64,000 nucleotides of DNA from Chrysomallon squamiferum (Eukaryota; Animalia; Mollusca), in assembly GCA_012295275.1 (NCBI GenBank), contig CM022671.1, forward strand, positions 7,502,001 to 7,566,000, read 5' to 3'. The translations under genes were made by a program, and so were the position numbers. Shown piece by piece: positions 57,310 to 64,000 of the stretch. The notes under the pieces were generated by a model. That model worked only from the letters and a program-made list of their open reading frames with translations. It was not told the origin of the DNA and did not search any database. Within the stretch, counting starts at the first letter, position 1; every line of letters starts with the position of its first letter.

Positions 57310-58484
57310 TGATGATGATGATGATGATAATGATTATTATAATAATGATGATGATGATAAAAACAAATACCTAAAAACGACCTAAAACGTGTTTAATCAA
57401 ACGACTGAACAAGTGTAAATAGCGTTATACTTATTACTAATCACTTTATAGACAGGTTTTTGTGACTGATACAGATCACCTGACTTTCCAGACAGGTAAA
57501 TAATTAAGCCAGGTACAAAACAAACAGGTATATTCAGGTGTTCATTTTATGCGGTAAACATTTTCTAATTAATATATCTGGCAAATGTCAAGGCCTTTTC
57601 TTGTAAATGTCATCATACTGATGAAGACAACGTAAATTTAATCAACATACAAATATAATTAAGCTCTGATTTCATTCTCTTGCCTCACCCTGTTAGCCAA
57701 ATGAAATTTTTTTTAATGTGATTCATCAAATCGAACTGTGATGGTAAAATGTAAATCCTAAACCCTGGATCCTAATGTTATTGTGTTATTTCTGAGATAC
57801 GAAGTCTTGTTTTTTTTTTTTTTTTTTTTAAATTTGTAATACTCAGTCTGTTTATTTTCAAATGTTTTAGGATTGAAGAACAAAAAGTTTCGAATGTGTT
57901 CTGAATAAACGTAATTGTTTGATTGTTAGAAACAATGTGGTTTTTCCCTTGTTTTTTCTTTGATTGTTTGGTGTGACCAAAATGGTTATTGATGTATGTA
58001 GTTTCTTCACGTTACATCATGCTGTTCTTGTTCTTTAGAGAAGATATTGTTCAAAAAAACTTTGGGATTCTTCTAGATAATGTTAAAAATACACTCTTTT
58101 CTGGGTTTTTTAGGAGTCCTTTAAAAATTTGATTTAGTGCCTTTTGTTGCGATAATAAGGAATTAAAGAATTTTTTTCATACTGTTATTTTATTATTTGA
58201 AGGGATTCAGTTCTGATTAATTTTCTTCTGACGATCACTTGTTTTAGCTCGGTTGTGAAAATCGTTCAGCGGATGTTAGTCGTAAAAAACTGATGTTAAA
58301 TCGATTGTGAGTTCTTTATAGTCTTTCCCTCCTTTTTTTTTTTTTTTTCTAACGATTTATAACAATGGTATATCGGTAAAAAAATGTTATATGTGTTTGT
58401 CAGTGATGTTATTTATGGCATTTAAAACTACTATGCATGTGCCGATTGGTTATAATATTGTTTACCGTGATACATAAGTGATAC

Positions 58485-59170
58485 AAAGATATTTACGACT
58501 GGTAACTGATATTTACGACTGGTAACTGATATTTACGTCAACTGGTAACGGTGTTACTTAGATCAGTTGATAAAAATGTTAGATCCGGTGATTGGTAAAT
58601 ACATTATTTATGTTAGTTAGTAACATTATTTATACTGACTGGTTAAATTCTTATTTATGTTAAATGATAACAGTTTTACTTAAATGAGTTGATAACGAAT
58701 CTATTTACATTGACTGTTAACGCAGATTAGTAAAACGATTACTTAAATTAGCTATTAACAATGTTATTTACTTCGGCTAGAAACAGTGTTAGTATATCAG
58801 TTGGTAACAATGTTATTTACACTGACTGGTAATATTGTTATTTATGTGAAATGATATCAGTGATATTTAAATCTGTTGATAACAATGTTATTTACATCAG
58901 TTGATTCTCATATGGTGTGAAGTGATATTACCGGTATTAATATGCAGTGTTTTAACCGTAGGCTAGAAAACATTTTGTTTAATCTATTATTAACGGTGTT
59001 GTCTGTTTTGATTAGTGATTTTGCAGTTTACGTCAGCTCGTTGCAGTATCGTGCATTTTGATTACTAATCGTGTTGACTATGTCGACTGATAATTTTTCT
59101 GCATACGTCAGATGGTGACAGTGTAACGGATGTCGACTGATAATGTTGCTAAGATACGAGACTGATTATA
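58485..59170. repeat. Degenerate tandem repeat of about 25 bp (TGGTAACAATGTTATTTACACTGAC-like)
   Basis: Recurring GGTAAC...TATTTAC; exact 20-bp duplication at 58488-58536. Confidence 0.7.
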
Positions 59171-60261
59171 AAGTGATCTGTAGCTTTTGAACAGGGGTTT
59201 TCTTATTCTTTTCCTTTTTCTTTCTTCTTGTTTCTTCTTCTTTTTCTTTTCTTCTTCTTCTTCTTCTTATTTAATATCAGATAGTCCTAAATCCCAGTCA
59301 CATGGCTTTATAATTATTTAAATACATGCAATAATTACATGTCTACACTTGCAATTAATCTAAGAAGAAGATAATCAAACATATTTACTACATACGTCCT
59401 TGACAAATGATCCATAAAGATAGATTAATCATAGGTCCTAAGTAATTTACAGTCGTTTAAGACGTATTATTAGTGTTTAACCAGTTATTGATTTTTATTT
59501 ACTTGCATTAAGAAATTAGTAAGGAACACGTTTAGATATATTCGTAGGAAGAGGGTTTTAAAGATTGCACGAAAAACGACTTTAAGCTAAATAAAAACGA
59601 GAAATCTCTGTAAATGTTGTTGTTTTTTAAATGTTTTTTTTTTTTTTCTAATCGAGAAAATTTCTTTCTATTATTATTTTTTTCAATTATTATTTGGAAT
59701 TAAAATTCTTAAACGTTATTTTTTCTTTGTTGAAAAACGAATTTAATATTTATTTTCCCTACCTCCTTAGATCTAAAGAGACCGATTTACTTGCGTATGA
59801 ATATCGTTCAGTTGGTTATGAAATGAAGCAGACGTGTTTAGTGTTTTAATTTCACATTCATCATCATATTTAGTTACTGACCAAATTAATTCTCATTTTA
59901 ATAACGCGTTCGGTCTTAAACGCCATTATCGACGTTCTGTCTACGATTACCTACCTTGAAGAAATCAAATCAGAGAAAGTTCGTTTCGTAAATCACACTG
60001 AATTTGTAATGATTAAATACAGGCTTGTGTCTGTTGCAGTTAAATCTTTTTTGAGAATAAAACAGCAGCAACAACAAGATAATAATTCTTAGAGTGTCTG
60101 GTGTAATAAAACTCCTTATGCTTCCAAGTTTTTATTTTATTATTCTGATAACAAAGAAGAACAATAAAATAAAAAACATTTTACCCCTTCCCATCAGCAG
60201 TCGTAAGAGACATACATACCAAATATGTAAACTGTGAAAAAGAGTTATACTTTGTTAATGA

Positions 60262-60395
60262 AGCAGACGATAATAAATACAGATAATGATAATACGTATA
60301 ATAATACAGACGATAATAACACAGATAATGATAATACGTATAATAATACAGACGATAATAACACAGATAATGATAATACGTATAATATTACAGAT
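60262..60395. repeat. 42-bp tandem repeat, 3 copies
   Basis: ACAGATAATGATAATACGTATAATAATACAGACGATAATAAC. Confidence 0.9.
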
Positions 60396-61776
60396 GGCGT
60401 AATTAAGTCTAATAATACAGACTTCCTGTTTTGTAGCAATGCAACCTGCATGAGATCAAGAATATATAATCAATGAGTGAAAAAAAAAAAAAAAGACAAA
60501 TTGAATTAATACTGTTAACAAACAAAAACTGTGTGATATCTAATGATTACTTAGATTTCCAGATATGGAGACATTAGGTTCAATGGTGTGATTAAATGTG
60601 AACTGAATAAACCTTTTCTTCAGCTTTGGAATACAATTAAGAAGTGAAAAAATGTTCAAGCACTCATGGCACTCTGATGAAAAACAAAAGTGATCGTGAA
60701 AGCACCAAATTCATTTCAGAATTTGAGACCTTGTAGTTTTAGCCCAAAATCTTATTATTCTGTTACGTGATTGTCTTTTACGGCCAGTCTTTTTTTTTGG
60801 TTCTTTTATTCATTTTATGTTTTATTTTAAATTTCAGTTTATTTAAAGATACATGTGTTTATAATAGTTGTTTTTGTACGTCTAGCCTGAAATAGAGAGG
60901 CTTATGGAATGAATATTCGACATTTATAATTGGTCTGATGTCTTAGTATTTGGGATTTTAGGATTTTCTAGAATCATTTTTTGTTTTAATCTATTTTGTG
61001 ATTGTCGTATTCGCATGGGAACACGGACAGTCAAGTCTTAACAGACAAAACCATCGTCTTTTTCCGGTGCTGTTTTGCAGAACATTAATATTATGTCGTA
61101 AAGATCCGGTGAGAAGCGAAACCGAACAATAATCGTAATGGTAAAACAAAATATGTAATATCTGTCAATGCCAGAACATGTTTGAGATTTATATTATCAT
61201 TATCATTATTATTAGTTGTTATATTATTACGATTTCCTGGTCTTCAAAACATTTATCAATCTCCGACTAAAGAACTTATCGAATTTTCAATTTTATCAAT
61301 GGAAAATTTCACATAGTTATTTCTACGCAGTCTCGCTATTTTTATCTAACTTTCCAACGTAAGGTGACGTCTGCAAGATGCGTCTATTTTGTCGGGAACC
61401 GTATAAATAGCGCAGTTACTTGGGAGAAAAACGAAAACTCAAAGACATTATTTAAATACGTGTATTTTAATGTAATTATTAGCAGAGTGGTTATGGCGTT
61501 AAATTAGCGGAGGAAACGGACGTAGTAGTGTTGGGCATGCTCAAAGGAAAGGGTTTTTAAATTTCTTCTGAAAGCCGATGTTGTGTTCGGCTGTAATTAG
61601 TTTTGTAGTAAACAGTATTACGATTACAGACATCGAATATAGTTCTTTCTCACTGGAGTTTAATTAATTATTTTAATTGTTGTTATTGTTGTTTTTGATG
61701 AGGTAATTGTTCTTGTTTTTATTAATATTATTACAGTTCTTTTTCTTCTCCTTCTTCTTTTTCTTCTTTTCATTAA

Positions 61777-61827
<51 letters not shown>

Positions 61828-61994
61828 CATTGTTGTTGTTGTTGTAGTTGTTGTTATTATTATTACAATTATTATATTTTTTGTTATTGTTTACGATTGT
61901 TATTTCAATTAAACAGTCAAAATCTGTAGTTACAGTATTTAAATAAATGTCTGAGGTGACGTTCACTTAATGTATAAATGTGTGCAATACTCAC

Positions 61995-62066
61995 AGTGTG
62001 AGCAATTTTGGGGTGTTCAGAAATGTTTCTTCGTCCATGTGAGTAATTTGATTGTCAGACAGGTAC
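61995..62066 (-). CDS. LRR exon 1 in window: (x)YLSDNQITHMDEETFLNTPKLLTL
   Basis: 72 nt, phase 2-2, ttttcag acceptor and GTGAGT donor; fits the extracellular LRR consensus LxLxxNxIxxxxxxxFxxxxxL. Confidence 0.9.
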
Positions 62067-62293
62067 CTGAAAAACAAATAAAACAATTCTTTATATACAT
62101 TAAAAATAAGTTATTCTGCACGTTATATAAAATTACAATAAATTCCTTATATACAATAGAAATAATTAATTCTGCACGTTATGTATATTTTTTTTCTCGA
62201 GATAATTTGAACATAACTGCTCATCTTTTTAAAGGAAAGTTTAAAATACTCTCTCTGAAATCTATAATGATGAAACGACTATTTTAAATATAA

Positions 62294-62346
<53 letters not shown>

Positions 62347-62681
62347 TTTTTCATATTAACTAATAAATACACGATGTGCAAATGGATGAAAAGAAGAAAG
62401 AACTAAGTTCATACATTAATCCAGTTCCATTTGTCTTAATCATAAGATGACTTGTTATAGAAGAAATTTTTTAAATGTTACTTTATTTATTACTTTATTT
62501 ATTACTTTATTTATTTATTTATTTATTTATTTATATAGCATTAATATTTATTTATTCATTTTATTATTTATTTATTTATCATCATTTATTTATTTTATTA
62601 TTATTATTATTATTATCATTATTGTTATGGTTATTATTATTATTATTATCATTATTGTTATCATTATTATTATTATTATTA

Positions 62682-62745
<64 letters not shown>

Positions 62746-63164
62746 TAACGTGTGTAACTGGAAATCATTACATGCCAAATCGTACGTCGATGCTATGTAT
62801 TAATAATTATAACAACAATTTCATTAAAAAAAATCGATCACTGATTTAACACAACAAGCATTAACAGTAACACTGACAACAACATGGTCACTAGTGTCTC
62901 GAAAGTATTAAAATGACGATGACGACAGCCTTTGCCGTTGGCAACGTCTTGAAAATATTTTTAGATAAATAATCAGACTTTTTGTCGCTTCCTTGACACA
63001 AGAAAAGTCGCTTACGTTAGCGACGTCATTTTATTTATTTACTTCTGGTGTAACCCGCCGGCCAATTATCATATCAGCAGCTGATTTTCAAAACTAATTT
63101 ACCAAATTTACTGGCAGATTTAAAAAAAAAATAATAATAATTAAAAAAATAAAAAAAAAAAAAA

Positions 63165-63203
<39 letters not shown>

Positions 63204-64000
63204 TTGATTTAGGCTTTGTTATGGCTTTGAAAAAAATAAAAATACATATTAAATTTTGGTATTTTAATTATAGTAAATTTATGATTTGTCAAATATGGGA
63301 TTAACAATAATATTAAATTGATGGCTTATCAAATGAGGGTTTAACGATAATAATAAGAAGATTATGGCTTATCAAAATATGGGTTTAAAATTTAATAGTT
63401 TCAGTCGAAGATTGAACTGCGTTTTTTTTGTTTTTTGTTTGTTTTAACGCTATTTGTGTCTGAATTAACCCCACTAGTTATTCACACGTCAGTACACAAC
63501 TAGACAATGATACACAGTGCAACATAGCAGTTAATTATTATACTTTCATCATTCTTCATATTTAACATGTGCTGATGGAAGGCTGTAGGTTTTTTTTTTT
63601 TTTTTTTTTTTTTTGGATGCAGACACTTGCACTTTAAAGAATCAGCGTGCAGTCCAGTCAAACAGAAAAATGCTTTCAGAAAAGAAGAGGAAAAGTAACA
63701 AAGATTTGCCAGACAAGACACGTACAGGAGAGGCACTTTAAGAAATGTCCGTTCCAGGAAGTGCAAATACGAACAATATCGAAGATGACGTCACTCATCA
63801 GCCGATCAATGACCAATAACTTCCAGTATTCACTTGTCCGTGAGATTTCGTCGTATTACTTACGATCTGCAGGACAGCGTAATTTTTACGATGTCCTTCG
63901 TCTCTTACGCTTCCCTTTAAGATAAATAAACCGCTAATGTGCCATTCGATGACGGAGACAGCAAGCTGAGCAGACGACAATGTTCAGAAGAAGAAGAAAA

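Noticed and set aside
59760-59840. Extra LRR exon (SFHNQLNDIH-like)
   Set aside because: In-frame stop and no suitable acceptor and phase-2 donor pair.
61360-61545. Plus-strand promoter (GTGACGTC, TATAAATA, GGGCATGCTC)
   Set aside because: Short motifs in AT-rich DNA with no downstream exon to support an antisense gene.
63647-63925. Plus-strand 92-aa ORF as a gene
   Set aside because: Non-ATG start and no recognisable domain or exon partners.

Overview
AT-rich, microsatellite-dense animal genomic DNA, probably from an invertebrate; a mollusc or other lophotrochozoan is only a weak guess. Almost all supplied ORFs are simple-repeat artefacts. Reading splice signals on the minus strand by hand gives one large gene spanning 62066 to 8263: 21 GT-AG exons whose phases join into one open frame of about 844 aa, plus one probable extra stalk exon. 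Its 5' end (signal peptide, LRR N-cap) lies beyond the right edge of the window. The architecture is at least 9 leucine-rich repeats (one per exon), an LRR C-terminal cap, three Cys-rich Eph/GCC2-GCC3-type modules, a TM helix, an intact tyrosine kinase and a YLDM tail. The kinase has the motifs and exon lengths of the FGFR/RET clade, so this looks like an FGFR-type kinase carrying a Toll/Slit-like LRR plus Cys-rich ectodomain instead of Ig or cadherin domains. The introns contain two Tigger/pogo relics, a MITE, several local duplications, six decayed copies of the kinase VAVK exon end, a 26-bp minisatellite carrying 12 STAT-type TTCN3GAA sites, and many TGACGTCA palindromes. All coordinates were read by eye and no searches were run.
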